Origin: a virus
Strand: one strand, 5' to 3'
IMG/VR virus record: IMGVR_UViG_3300043411_001639
Coordinates: 92,733-156,732 of that record
DNA length: 64,000 nucleotides
Each line of letters starts with the position of its first letter. Position 1 is the stretch's first letter. Both the position numbers and the translations under genes were made by a program. Below are positions 10,712 through 21,456 of the stretch, one piece after another. Under the pieces are notes generated by a model, which was given only the letters and a program-made list of their open reading frames with translations, was not told where the DNA came from and did no database searches.

Positions 10712-11861
10712 TATAGAACCAACTAAAAATTTATATCTTTCATCAATAGATAAAATTATCACAGGTTCAATACTTGCAGGAACCAGAGGGGTGGTTGGAA
10801 GTAAAATATCTGGTTCTCTTGAATATAGAGGTGATCAAGTTTATTCTAGTTACTATTATAACAAGTTTAAAAAAACTAGTCTTGGTTCAAATAGACATGT
10901 AAATTTTGTTTCACAAGATAAAATTATTTGGGATTCCGTTGTTCCTTCTCCAATAGAGATTTATTTGATGAATGGGGCCAAGGTTGTTTCTGCTGAGTAT
11001 GATACTGATATTTGGAACAACATTTTCGGGCCTCCTCCACTTCCTGATAAAGTTCGTTTGAGAGAGTTTTTAGTAAAAATTTTTATCGCTAAAGGTTCAA
11101 ATAGTTTTCTAACTGCAAGTAATGGTGCAACTATAACAGACAACTATTGGTATAGTAGTTTTCCTTTTCAAAATACATATAAAAATATTACTAGACTGTT
11201 CCAGCCTTCAACTACACTGCATTTTACCAAAGGTTACAAAGAGAAATTAAACGGTACTGATTTTCTTGTTTACCAAAAAGGAGTAACGAACGATGTGTCT
11301 GCTTCTTATAAATTTGGAATATCTATTGTAAGCGGAAACAATGGTTTAAGTTCAAGTTTTATACAAGAAGTTTTATATGAATATGTTGTAACTCCTAGTG
11401 TATTTAGTGTTTTAGAGATTGGAAATGCCTCTAGTTTAGAATCAATTCTAAACTTGTCTTCAAAAACATTTTATGATTGTTTTTTTGGTATTAGACCAAG
11501 GATGGTACAAACAGATCTATCTTATGTAAACACAAGTTCTTTTCCGCAATGTCATTATTCTCAAAGTTTTGTTGTTGAGAGAGAAGGCTGGAAGTTTGGC
11601 TTGTATAATGCTTTCCCAACTAACTATAATGTTGTTTTCAAACGTAATAGTTATGGTCAGATCAGAGATTTGTTGGAACCCAGAAAAAGAACTAAAACTT
11701 ATGAGTTATCAACAGGAACTTTTTTGACTCCTATACAAATTACTTTTGTTTCTGGAACTCAAGCCTATTTGACTTCTTCTGAAGCAGATACTCTAGATAC
11801 TAGAGAAACAGGTATTTATAACTTTGAATATCAATGTGGAAAACCATATGTTGATAATTAA
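10701..11861 (+). CDS. Putative virion protein
   Basis: 386 aa ORF overlapping the upstream gene; structural context. Confidence 0.5.
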   Translation: MEFDIEPTKNLYLSSIDKIITGSILAGTRGVVGSKISGSLEYRGDQVYSSYYYNKFKKTSLGSNRHVNFVSQDKIIWDSVVPSPIEIYLMNGAKVVSAEYDTDIWNNIFGPPPLPDKVRLREFLVKIFIAKGSNSFLTASNGATITDNYWYSSFPFQNTYKNITRLFQPSTTLHFTKGYKEKLNGTDFLVYQKGVTNDVSASYKFGISIVSGNNGLSSSFIQEVLYEYVVTPSVFSVLEIGNASSLESILNLSSKTFYDCFFGIRPRMVQTDLSYVNTSSFPQCHYSQSFVVEREGWKFGLYNAFPTNYNVVFKRNSYGQIRDLLEPRKRTKTYELSTGTFLTPIQITFVSGTQAYLTSSEADTLDTRETGIYNFEYQCGKPYVDN

Positions 11862-11875
11862 TCAATACTAGTTGC

Positions 11876-12835
11876 ATGTCAGGAATATTAAATTCAAAAG
11901 AAAGAATCTTGGATACTATTATAACACAACAAGGTAGAAAACAAATTTCTACTGGCAAGTTAAAACCTGTATTTTATTCTTTTTCTGATACTGGTACTTT
12001 CTATGATAAACAAGATCTTGACAACCTGGATATTCCTTTTGAACTAGAAGGAAGATTGATGTTTGAAGCAGCTAGTTTGCCTCAAGACCTAATCTGTCTT
12101 GAAAAAGATGATTCTGGTAAACTTATAGTAAAAGAATTTCAAAGAACTTCAGGGAGTTTTGTATTGATAAATGGTCAGACTTATGATACTGAAAACCAAC
12201 TGTTTGTTTCTGAGTCTGCTTCACAACAAAACAGTTTTTTGAGTGGTTCACTAAGAAATTTTATTAATTTAAACCTGTTATCCGAAGCAAAAGAACTAGA
12301 TATTAATACTAATAGTTCTGAGTTTGTGGTTTCTCCTAATTCAGTAACTTTTAATATTACCAGAACTGTTCCTATGTCTGGAAGTGCTAGGGTGGGGAGC
12401 ATAGATCAAATAGAAAGCTTGTTTGAAGACAAGAAACTGAGCCATTTATCAAATTTTGATTTCCTACCCCCGGTTAATATTCCAAGAACAGGAACTACCA
12501 TCAAACAACCTCTCGGAAACTTTGTTGATCTAAAACAATCTTCTATCCTAACTTTGGCAGATCTTTATCAAGAAATAACAAGATTTTCAGACTATATGGT
12601 TTCTTTAAATTTTTTATCAACAAGTAAAAACAACCGTATTTTTAGTCAGTTTTATGAAAAATCAGAATCTTCAGGTATAAGAAAACTAGATATCATAGAT
12701 TTTGGTGAATTTGAGGAAAGAAACATAAGAAAACATGTTTTTTTTGCTGGTAAACTTTATAGGGACAGTACAGGAAGTGACACCTTTGTCAACATGTTTA
12801 CATTAATCTGGAAGAAAGAGTTGCAAAATGCCTAG
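11876..12835 (+). CDS. Putative baseplate/fibre-attachment protein (N-terminal paralog of 19582..20295)
   Basis: N-terminal ILDTIITQQGRKQISTG...YSFSD resembles IVDAVITDAGRQAIAR...WAASD. Confidence 0.55.
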   Translation: MSGILNSKERILDTIITQQGRKQISTGKLKPVFYSFSDTGTFYDKQDLDNLDIPFELEGRLMFEAASLPQDLICLEKDDSGKLIVKEFQRTSGSFVLINGQTYDTENQLFVSESASQQNSFLSGSLRNFINLNLLSEAKELDINTNSSEFVVSPNSVTFNITRTVPMSGSARVGSIDQIESLFEDKKLSHLSNFDFLPPVNIPRTGTTIKQPLGNFVDLKQSSILTLADLYQEITRFSDYMVSLNFLSTSKNNRIFSQFYEKSESSGIRKLDIIDFGEFEERNIRKHVFFAGKLYRDSTGSDTFVNMFTLIWKKELQNA

Positions 12836-14801
12836 TTTTAGAACTCTGAGTAATCTACCTGTTGGTCTTGAAGAAAAACCTGCGATTATTTCAGACATAG
12901 AAGTTTATTTGTTAAAAACTACTAGTACAAAAACAATCTATGTTCTTGAATATAAATTCTATCCTTCAAGAGCCATTTTAAATAACCAACAAGCTTTTAA
13001 AGTTGTTTGTCAGGTAAGAGACAAAGAAAAACCTAGAGTTCTAGGTACTTTTGGTGGGGATAACATGTCAATAAGTGAATTAATCGTACAAAGTAACTTC
13101 CTTACAGTTAGAGCTTTGAATGAACAAGCCAGACATGTTTTGAGTGAATTTCAATCAGATCCTACAAGGTCTATTCCGAACAACAGACTTAATAATTTAG
13201 CAAGTTATAGAAAAGAATCTATTAAAATAACTGAACAATTTACTATTACTCAGGATATAACAGATTTATTTATCTATGTATCTGTTAAAAATTCACAAGA
13301 TTTAGTTGTTCAAGAGGAAAAGCTAATGATTCCTCATTTGAAATATAAAAATCTGTTTGAGAACACTATCACCAAACCCTTGACTTGTTTGCCTGCTCAA
13401 AACAACATCCTTGGAAGAAATATATTTTATGTTCAACAATCTGAGGGAAAAGGTTTTAGTTTGTTCAGAAAAAATAAACTTACAAAGAAATATGAATTCA
13501 TAAAAAATTATTATGCTTCTGGTACAGGTAGTGAAGTTTATAAGGTAGTTGACGAAACAACGGTTTTATATCATAACATTCAATACAGAGTTGTTCCTTT
13601 TGTGTTAGATGGTAGTTTGGTTTCTGATTTTACTGATGTAGTGATTTCTTCCAATAGAAAACAACCTGAACTTAAACCATTCATCCACCTGATTATCTCA
13701 GATGAAAACAAGGTAAGAGTTGATTTTTTTAATATTACAACTAGAATAAAATCTATTGTTCTGTACAGAAACGACCAGATAATAAAACTGTTCAATCCCC
13801 AAAATAATTTTAGTTTCATTGATGATTTGGTTCAACAAGGGAAGATTTATAAATATCGTTTTGAATACTATGATAGTTTTGGCAATAAATTTAGTTCCGT
13901 TTCTGAAACTAATATTAGAGTACCAATTTCAACAGCCCCAGAGAAAGTAAATTTAACAACAAAAATTTCTGAGATTTCACAACAAGAAAACAATATTACG
14001 TTTGTTTTAACAAGTGAATTTCTTGAATCTATTCAAACAAAACTTAAAACATTTATTGGAGAAAGAGGATTTGGATTGTTTGAAGAATCAATAAACCTAA
14101 ATGATCTTCAAGGAATTGTTTCTTATCAAATTATCAGACAAAACATTACAACAGGTGAACAAGAAGATCTGGGAGTTTTGACTAACACAAACAGATTTGA
14201 CGATAAAAGAAACTCGGATTTAATGGGGGCCAAATTATTAGTTCCAAAAAATCAATATAGATATATTATTAATACATTTGTTAGGAACATTATCACCCTG
14301 CTACCAAACTATGTTGTTACAGATAATTCAGTTACTGGAGTTGAGTATAATTACAGCCCTTATAAATGGTTAAATCCAGTGGTACTAAATCAAGGAACTA
14401 TTGTGTTCTCAAATGAACAACAAAGAAATTTTTCCTACTCTCCTTTTACAATATCTGAATTATCCAGAACTCAAATAACAGAAGTTTTCACCATAGGGGA
14501 CAGAACTACTACTGCCAACATCCAATCAGTAAATCCGATTAAACTATCCAAAGACAAAGTATTAGTCCAATGGAACATTAGTGATCTTTCTTTTGTTGAT
14601 AGTTTTGAGATTTATAAATCTGTTAAACTTTCTTCTATAAAAAGGATAGCAGGTTTTCACCATGCTTTAAACAATATCTTTGAATTTATTGACACGGTAA
14701 ACCCAGACGAGAAAGATTTACTATATTCTGTTGTTGTAAGATATATTGATGGTACTTCTAGTGAAGTATTTGCGCAAAACAAAATATTTTATACATCATA
14801 G
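12828..14801 (+). CDS. Fn3/Ig-like repeat virion protein
   Basis: Repeated 'F.D..V..G..Y.Y' and 'V.VQW....VDSFEIYK' beta-sandwich patterns. Confidence 0.55.
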   Translation: MPSFRTLSNLPVGLEEKPAIISDIEVYLLKTTSTKTIYVLEYKFYPSRAILNNQQAFKVVCQVRDKEKPRVLGTFGGDNMSISELIVQSNFLTVRALNEQARHVLSEFQSDPTRSIPNNRLNNLASYRKESIKITEQFTITQDITDLFIYVSVKNSQDLVVQEEKLMIPHLKYKNLFENTITKPLTCLPAQNNILGRNIFYVQQSEGKGFSLFRKNKLTKKYEFIKNYYASGTGSEVYKVVDETTVLYHNIQYRVVPFVLDGSLVSDFTDVVISSNRKQPELKPFIHLIISDENKVRVDFFNITTRIKSIVLYRNDQIIKLFNPQNNFSFIDDLVQQGKIYKYRFEYYDSFGNKFSSVSETNIRVPISTAPEKVNLTTKISEISQQENNITFVLTSEFLESIQTKLKTFIGERGFGLFEESINLNDLQGIVSYQIIRQNITTGEQEDLGVLTNTNRFDDKRNSDLMGAKLLVPKNQYRYIINTFVRNIITLLPNYVVTDNSVTGVEYNYSPYKWLNPVVLNQGTIVFSNEQQRNFSYSPFTISELSRTQITEVFTIGDRTTTANIQSVNPIKLSKDKVLVQWNISDLSFVDSFEIYKSVKLSSIKRIAGFHHALNNIFEFIDTVNPDEKDLLYSVVVRYIDGTSSEVFAQNKIFYTS

Positions 14802-14810
14802 ATATAACAT

Positions 14811-17800
14811 ATGGGAAATAACTTTGGAATACCTGTTAGAAACAATACTTCGGCAGCTTATGGTGGTTTAACTACACAGCCTTCTTCTGCTCCTCTTCCA
14901 ACAGCTACAGCACCTATTCCCACTACAACTAATACTTTTTTAGTTCCTGAAGCATCTGTTCCACAGTCTCCTGTAGCTAGTGGGTTTCAAATGTCTACTA
15001 CTATTGTACCAGGAGTTAGTGTTCAACGAACTGGAACAGCAACAGTTTTTATTGATAGAACAATACCACCTACTGTTTATCAAACAGAAAATCTTACAGT
15101 TCAGTTTGGTGGTGCTAACAACCCAGAAACTAGAAATATTATTAACGAAGGTTTATCAGCTTTGAGACCAGAAGTTTTATTACAATTTTCACCAAGAAAT
15201 TTAATAGATACAAACAATCAACTAACGGATCTTGGTAAACTAGCAGATTTTAACTATAAACTCAGAAAACTTAAACTAGATGTTTCATTGGTTACTTCAA
15301 GATCACTATCTGAATCTGAAACAGTTAAATTTGAACAACTAGATTTATCTTATAGACAACAGTACGAAACTTGTTTTAACAATATCCAAAGTAAAAAAAT
15401 CAAATCACAAAAGAAAAAAACCATCAAAGCATTGTTTGATATAAAGTCAATACCAGACAGTTATTTTGGTGATGGCTTTTTAAGTTTTAAACAAATATTT
15501 TCAAACTATCTTGGATATTCAAATCAAAGTTATAATAGTTTTACAGATACAAAAATTCTTGGTCAACTTATTCTTGATTTAAGAAATGCTCTTGAAAACT
15601 ATTCTAGTAACTTATTAAGCATCAGAGATCTAGATAGAACAAATGATCTCAACCCTTACACATATGATAAAACTTTTAACGTTAACGGTTTAAAAATAGA
15701 ACAATTAAGATCTAATTCAAGAATTAAAAATCTCTTCAATGAAGGAGTGTTCAGAAACTTAGTAACAAGATTACCTCCTCAACCTCTTGATAAGATAAAA
15801 CTAATGATTCATTTGCTTTCAAAAGAATTGTTAGTTTCAAAAAATCTTTCTAATAGTCAAACCAGAACAAAACTTGTTCAAATGTTTGGAGCATCAGCTA
15901 ATCCTGATGGAAATCCTTTTGATAATATATTTGGGGATACTGGAGTTTCAATATTTGATCCTGTTGTATCTGCCACTAACAACTCAATAGTTTCTTTGTT
16001 GAATTATGTGAATCAAAAAGTTCTACCATTTGAAAACAGATATCTTCAAGAACAAACTACAAACTCTGTGTTCATACCAGGACACGAATATTTTCTTGAT
16101 ACTACTGATCGTATAAATCTTGATGTTTTCACAATAGGATTGTCACGAAACATAACAGAACTAACAGATATCCTCACTAAATTATTATCTCTGGATGTTA
16201 ACCCACAAACTTCTAATGTTGTGTTTAGTAGTCTTGCCATCCAGTTTGGACAAACTTTAGCTGGAAGAAATACAAATAACATATCACATGCATTGTTTAA
16301 ACTGGCATCAGAAGATATTCAACTGCAATATTTATTGTTTAACTATTTGTTTTTAGCGGGATTAATCATAACTCTTGGTGAAGAAGATAATGTTTTTATA
16401 CGTTCTTATAAAAAAGATACTCAAAGAACAGAAATTGATGTTGATACTCTTTATGAAGAAATAGGATTAGTAATTACAAGAATAGTTGAAAGAGTGGTTG
16501 GTTTACTTTCTTCAAACTCAAACAATGAGCTTAATATAGTAAACAGTTCATTTACTAGTTTAATAACAACTCTTGGTTTAACAAGAGTTTATACCCAAGA
16601 TCTGACACAAACTTTGAGAGGCTTTGTAAACGCAGATCCGATTAATTCAAAAAATTCATTATTTAAGATGTTCATTGATTTCATTCTTGAGTTAGAGAAC
16701 ATCAACTCATCAAATGGAACAAAAATTTTTCTTTTACAGGATGACAGTGGAAGAACAAGATTTAATTTTCTCAGTTCTTCTACAATGTTGTTTTTGTTTT
16801 ATCAAACTATGATAGGATTATCTGCTATGTTTATTCCTTATGAATTTGCAGGTCCTGTAATAAACAACAGTTTTAACATTGAATTTGATACTTCTGAGTT
16901 TGAAAGACTACACAACCTATTGACCAATCGTACAAATCCAGTTCCAGAATATACAGCAATTTTCAATGTACTGGAAAAAGAAACAACTTTTGTCAAACAA
17001 GGACTAAATTGTTTCAACAAACTTAATTCAAGGTTTTCAAACATTCAACAACTGGCAGAGCCCTATTTTCTTCAGTCTAGTTTTGTAACAGAATATCAGA
17101 CAAAACTAGCTTTATCCGTTATTAATTCAGGTAGATTTAAAAATAAGTTTGACGGAAGTTATGGAATATTACCCGTGACATTAGCTGAAAAACAAACAGT
17201 AATAGATTTTTCAAAAAACTTTGGAGAAAATAATTTTAAAGTATTTGGTATAGGTTTACCTAATGGGTTTGTAGAAAACTTAAACAAAAACATTATTATT
17301 ACCGAAGATGCTGGTTCGGACCAAGAAACTTCTGTGATAAAAATCAATGTTTTCTGTAAACTTTTACAATACCCAAACATTGTGTTAAAACCACAATCTT
17401 ATCTCTTTGATCTTAATATTTTCAACCTGAAACAAATATCAACTGGTTTTTACAACTCAGTTGATCAGGTAATAAACAATAATTTTGGTACCACCTATGT
17501 TGATGGAAATTTCTCTATAATTGAAGGATATAATGATATTCTAATTCAAAAGGAAGAACTAAGAAATCATAAAACAAGTGAGTTGTTAAAAACATACATG
17601 TGTTTAGTTTCTGGGATCAAGATGTATGAAGAAGAATTTTTTATCACACCAAAACTTTTTACAAACAAAACTAAAGATAATTTATTTAATAGCCTTGACG
17701 TAAGAAATTTAACCTCTGTGTTGACAGGGCAGAAATTGTTTGATAGAATTTTGTTTTTGTTGGTTGATTTAAACCAGTTTGAAATTGATTACAGTAAAAC

Positions 17801-17918
17801 AAATAAAAATAGTCTCGGAGCTCAAACATTAGAAAAAATAAAAATTGTTAATGACAGAACTAGTTTTGATAAAAACGATCTTGTTTTAGTTGATATATTC
17901 TTCACTGTTGGAAAATAA
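14811..17918 (+). CDS. Large hypothetical virion protein with Pro/Thr-rich N-terminus
   Basis: 1035 aa ORF; low-complexity P/T/S first ~90 aa, then predicted helical body. Confidence 0.55.
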   Translation: MGNNFGIPVRNNTSAAYGGLTTQPSSAPLPTATAPIPTTTNTFLVPEASVPQSPVASGFQMSTTIVPGVSVQRTGTATVFIDRTIPPTVYQTENLTVQFGGANNPETRNIINEGLSALRPEVLLQFSPRNLIDTNNQLTDLGKLADFNYKLRKLKLDVSLVTSRSLSESETVKFEQLDLSYRQQYETCFNNIQSKKIKSQKKKTIKALFDIKSIPDSYFGDGFLSFKQIFSNYLGYSNQSYNSFTDTKILGQLILDLRNALENYSSNLLSIRDLDRTNDLNPYTYDKTFNVNGLKIEQLRSNSRIKNLFNEGVFRNLVTRLPPQPLDKIKLMIHLLSKELLVSKNLSNSQTRTKLVQMFGASANPDGNPFDNIFGDTGVSIFDPVVSATNNSIVSLLNYVNQKVLPFENRYLQEQTTNSVFIPGHEYFLDTTDRINLDVFTIGLSRNITELTDILTKLLSLDVNPQTSNVVFSSLAIQFGQTLAGRNTNNISHALFKLASEDIQLQYLLFNYLFLAGLIITLGEEDNVFIRSYKKDTQRTEIDVDTLYEEIGLVITRIVERVVGLLSSNSNNELNIVNSSFTSLITTLGLTRVYTQDLTQTLRGFVNADPINSKNSLFKMFIDFILELENINSSNGTKIFLLQDDSGRTRFNFLSSSTMLFLFYQTMIGLSAMFIPYEFAGPVINNSFNIEFDTSEFERLHNLLTNRTNPVPEYTAIFNVLEKETTFVKQGLNCFNKLNSRFSNIQQLAEPYFLQSSFVTEYQTKLALSVINSGRFKNKFDGSYGILPVTLAEKQTVIDFSKNFGENNFKVFGIGLPNGFVENLNKNIIITEDAGSDQETSVIKINVFCKLLQYPNIVLKPQSYLFDLNIFNLKQISTGFYNSVDQVINNNFGTTYVDGNFSIIEGYNDILIQKEELRNHKTSELLKTYMCLVSGIKMYEEEFFITPKLFTNKTKDNLFNSLDVRNLTSVLTGQKLFDRILFLLVDLNQFEIDYSKTNKNSLGAQTLEKIKIVNDRTSFDKNDLVLVDIFFTVGK

Positions 17919-17923
17919 ATACT

Positions 17924-19576
17924 ATGGTAATTGCAAAGAAAATACAAATTCTACCCACTAAACAATCAACCACAATTGACATTTCAGAAATTGAAGATCT
18001 TAGAGGAAAGTTTGTATACAACTATTTTGAAAGAGATGAAAAAACAAACAACCCAAGTTTAGTTGATTCAAGAAAAATAAGTTTGACTTGGACTCCTAAT
18101 GTCATATGGAATAGAAGGGACTTGGTTGATTCAATAATCATAGGAGATCATTATGATCTTATTATTCAAGAAGATGAGTTTAACAATCACAATCTAAAAA
18201 CAATTGATTTAAATCAAACAACTGGGATTAATCAGGATGTTTTCCGACTTCTTGAAACTAGTTTTACAGGTTTGTCTTCAGGAAGTTTATTAGATCGTAC
18301 CAAATCTCTTTATGAACAAACTGACGAAGAACTAGATCAACAGTTTATAGGAGGATTAGTTCATTCTCAAAAACAAGGTCTTGGAGTTTATTTTGATACC
18401 GATAGCACAAACATCAAAAATGAAAACCTAATATTTCCTGTTGGAATAACTCCTAAGTTTATGGATAAAATCATTGAAACAATAGATGAAAACAATATTG
18501 GTTTTAACGGTTTTTTGACTGCTGAAGAGCGAGAACAAATCATTGTTATGGCTAATGAATCCAAAGAAAAAAGAAATACAAATGTATTCTCAATGGAAGA
18601 TTATGACCACCAGTTAGACAAAATTTTTTCACTAAGAAACATAAAAACAGATTCAAACTATCAGCCTGTGTTTCAGCCTGTTGGTTATGTTGTTGAAAAA
18701 TTTAACAAGTCAACAAACATGTTTGAACAACCATTGTTTATTGAAAATATTACTATAAGTAAAACAGAAGATATCAATGTAAAATATAATCAGACTTATT
18801 GTTATAGGATTAGAACAGTAGCTTATGTTGAATTTACTGGTCTAAACAGTGAAACAAATGAATATTTGGTTTTTTCTTTTCTCGTTGGATCAAAACTAAG
18901 TAACTTGTTAGAAGTTGAATGCGTTGAAACAACCCCTCCTCCAGTAGTTACAGATTTTGATGTCACCTGGGATTTTGTTAAAAATCTTCCTAAGATAAGC
19001 TGGAGTTTTCCTCCCAACAAACAACGAGATATTAAAAAGTTTCAAGTGTTTAGGCGTAGAACCATCACAGAACCTTTTGAATTGATTAAAATGTATGATT
19101 TTGATAACAGTACAGTGAAAACACTATCACAAGAACAACCCAATCCAGAGATAGTAGAACTAATAGATAATCCTCCATTGTTTTATTGGGATAATAGATT
19201 TATCAAAACAAATACAATGATTTATTCTGTTTGTTCAATAGATGCTCATGGTTATAGTTCTGGATATTCAATGCAGTTAGAAATATCCTGGATTTCTAAT
19301 AAATTTAAGAAGAGACTAATATCGGTTTCAGGAGCACCTAAAGCTTATCCAAACTTGTTTTTGAACCAAGATGCTTTTGTAGACTCAATAAAAACAGAAG
19401 AGTTTACAGGTTTAGATCTATATTTTAATCCTGAGTTTATTGAGTTGACAGACAAGAATTCAAGAAGTTTAGAGTTTTTAAAAACTGGTGCAAACGATAC
19501 ATATTCATTAGTAATGATAAACATTGACAATCAAAAACAAGCAACTTTTGATATTAGCTTAAGGAACAGAGAGTAA
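17924..19576 (+). CDS. Fn3-domain virion protein
   Basis: GYVVEK...DINVKYNQTYCYRIRTV and PPPVVTDFDV...ISWSFP...IKKFQVFRR are Fn3-like. Confidence 0.6.
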   Translation: MVIAKKIQILPTKQSTTIDISEIEDLRGKFVYNYFERDEKTNNPSLVDSRKISLTWTPNVIWNRRDLVDSIIIGDHYDLIIQEDEFNNHNLKTIDLNQTTGINQDVFRLLETSFTGLSSGSLLDRTKSLYEQTDEELDQQFIGGLVHSQKQGLGVYFDTDSTNIKNENLIFPVGITPKFMDKIIETIDENNIGFNGFLTAEEREQIIVMANESKEKRNTNVFSMEDYDHQLDKIFSLRNIKTDSNYQPVFQPVGYVVEKFNKSTNMFEQPLFIENITISKTEDINVKYNQTYCYRIRTVAYVEFTGLNSETNEYLVFSFLVGSKLSNLLEVECVETTPPPVVTDFDVTWDFVKNLPKISWSFPPNKQRDIKKFQVFRRRTITEPFELIKMYDFDNSTVKTLSQEQPNPEIVELIDNPPLFYWDNRFIKTNTMIYSVCSIDAHGYSSGYSMQLEISWISNKFKKRLISVSGAPKAYPNLFLNQDAFVDSIKTEEFTGLDLYFNPEFIELTDKNSRSLEFLKTGANDTYSLVMINIDNQKQATFDISLRNRE

Positions 19577-19581
19577 TAATA

Positions 19582-20295
19582 ATGGGAATTATACAAAATG
19601 ATACCAACAACATCATTGTTGATGCGGTTATAACAGATGCAGGGAGACAAGCTATTGCAAGAAACGATGGTAGTTTTTCTGTTGTTAAATGGGCTGCTTC
19701 TGATGAGGAAGTAGACTATTCAATCATTCAACAGTTTGGTAAAACAAATGGAGAAGCTAAAATAGTAGTTAACACTCCTGTTTTTGAAGCTTTAACTTCT
19801 CAACAGTTCTCTCAGAAATATAAACTGATGAGTATTAGTAATCCAGCTTTAATACGTCTTCCTACCCTTAAAATTACTGGAGAGGGTGTTGATGCTAGTA
19901 TAAATGCAATTGCTATTGGAAATACAACCATTAAAAGGAGAACTGTAACAATCTATCAAGATATTTTGAATGAAACAACAATAGATCTTGAACTGAGAGA
20001 CCAATCTTTTATGATTACTATGCCAAGTAGATTTCTACAGGTTAGAAGTATCCCACCAGATGACATAGACAGTGTTTATAATGCTCTTTATTTTCTTACA
20101 AGAGATTCAGGAGAAACAACCCTTGGTGGCAGTAGACTAAGTTTTACACTTGAAACTAAATCAATTTCCGAAACAGATTTCCAGATTTACGGAACAAGAA
20201 CCAACAAAAACATCATTAAATGTTACATTAAAATTGCAGGGATACAAAGTGGTGCTGTTCTTGATATAGAAGTATCAATAACCAAAACATCATAA
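19582..20295 (+). CDS. Conserved baseplate/fibre-collar protein
   Basis: VDAVITDAGR...KWAASDEEVDY...TPVFEA motif seen in large myophage tail modules. Confidence 0.6.
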   Translation: MGIIQNDTNNIIVDAVITDAGRQAIARNDGSFSVVKWAASDEEVDYSIIQQFGKTNGEAKIVVNTPVFEALTSQQFSQKYKLMSISNPALIRLPTLKITGEGVDASINAIAIGNTTIKRRTVTIYQDILNETTIDLELRDQSFMITMPSRFLQVRSIPPDDIDSVYNALYFLTRDSGETTLGGSRLSFTLETKSISETDFQIYGTRTNKNIIKCYIKIAGIQSGAVLDIEVSITKTS

Positions 20296-20316
20296 CTGGA
20301 AGAATAACAAACAACT

Positions 20317-21456
20317 ATGAGTACCTTTAAAGAATTCGGTCCCAATGATATTAAAACAACCCAAGACTATTTTGAAGTCATAACGGATGTGTTGCAAACA
20401 GATATTTCTTCAAGTGCTACAAGAAGAAAATCTGAAACCTTTGTTTCAGGAGGGATTGGTCCCGGTGTTACTTCTTCTCTTTGGCATACTGTGTTTGACC
20501 AAGACTATAGTCTTCAAACAGCTAACCCAATCATGAATATCACTTTTGGATTAAGTCCTAGAAGTAGTTTGGTTTCTGGATCTGTTACTTATACAGATTC
20601 TAGAACAGGGAAACAATATTTTCCTTCACAAAGTTTGATGATGAGAGAAAAAACTTTTATCTATAGAGAGTTTGCGCAAACTCTTCTTGGAAACAGTAAT
20701 CTTGATTTCCAACTTATCTCAGGTTCTACAACCTCTTATATACGAGAACCTTTGTTTCTTACCTTTACTAGACTTGTAGCAAGAGATGGATTAAAAAGAG
20801 AAAGTTTTGCCATTAAAGCATTTGTTTCTTCTGCTATTGTTACTGGTCCTCCAACAAGTTCAAAGATCTATACAGATGTAGGTTCAACTTCAAACATTGA
20901 AACAGGTGTTGGTGGTCAGGTATCAGTATTAGTGGATTCTAGTAATACAAACTATCCAGTAGGATTATTGTACCTTGATAGAGGAATAGCTATTCTTGAT
21001 ACTCAGAGAATATTCTATGTCTCTCAGTCAATGACAGGTTCAATCAGAGCTGTTAACAGTGCTGGAACTCAGTTGTTTTCAGGTAGTTGTAATCAATTCT
21101 TTGTTTCTGCTTGTTTGGATGACATTCTTGATCATGTATGTACTGTAAGATTTAGTTCGTCAAATGAAACAGCAATAGCATTCAAAAACCTAACAACCAT
21201 CAATAGTACAATCTATTACTGTAGATTTGATGCAGATGAATTCAACTACTCATCTAACCCAACATATACAGATTCAAACAACAGGATAGTTGTAATTGAA
21301 CCAGGGCAAGAAGCTAGACAAAAATCATTCACTTTTGTTACCAGTATTGGCGGATATGACGCTCTTGGTAGATGTTTATGGAATGGGAAACTTTCAAGAC
21401 CTGTGATGAAAGATAGTCAAAGATCCTTTGTGATAGAGGTTGCAAATGATTTCTGA
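20317..21456 (+). CDS. Baseplate/fibre-associated virion protein
   Basis: C-terminal EFNYSSNPTY...FVTSIGGYD...KLSRPVMKD motif; paralogous C-terminus with the next gene. Confidence 0.6.
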   Translation: MSTFKEFGPNDIKTTQDYFEVITDVLQTDISSSATRRKSETFVSGGIGPGVTSSLWHTVFDQDYSLQTANPIMNITFGLSPRSSLVSGSVTYTDSRTGKQYFPSQSLMMREKTFIYREFAQTLLGNSNLDFQLISGSTTSYIREPLFLTFTRLVARDGLKRESFAIKAFVSSAIVTGPPTSSKIYTDVGSTSNIETGVGGQVSVLVDSSNTNYPVGLLYLDRGIAILDTQRIFYVSQSMTGSIRAVNSAGTQLFSGSCNQFFVSACLDDILDHVCTVRFSSSNETAIAFKNLTTINSTIYYCRFDADEFNYSSNPTYTDSNNRIVVIEPGQEARQKSFTFVTSIGGYDALGRCLWNGKLSRPVMKDSQRSFVIEVANDF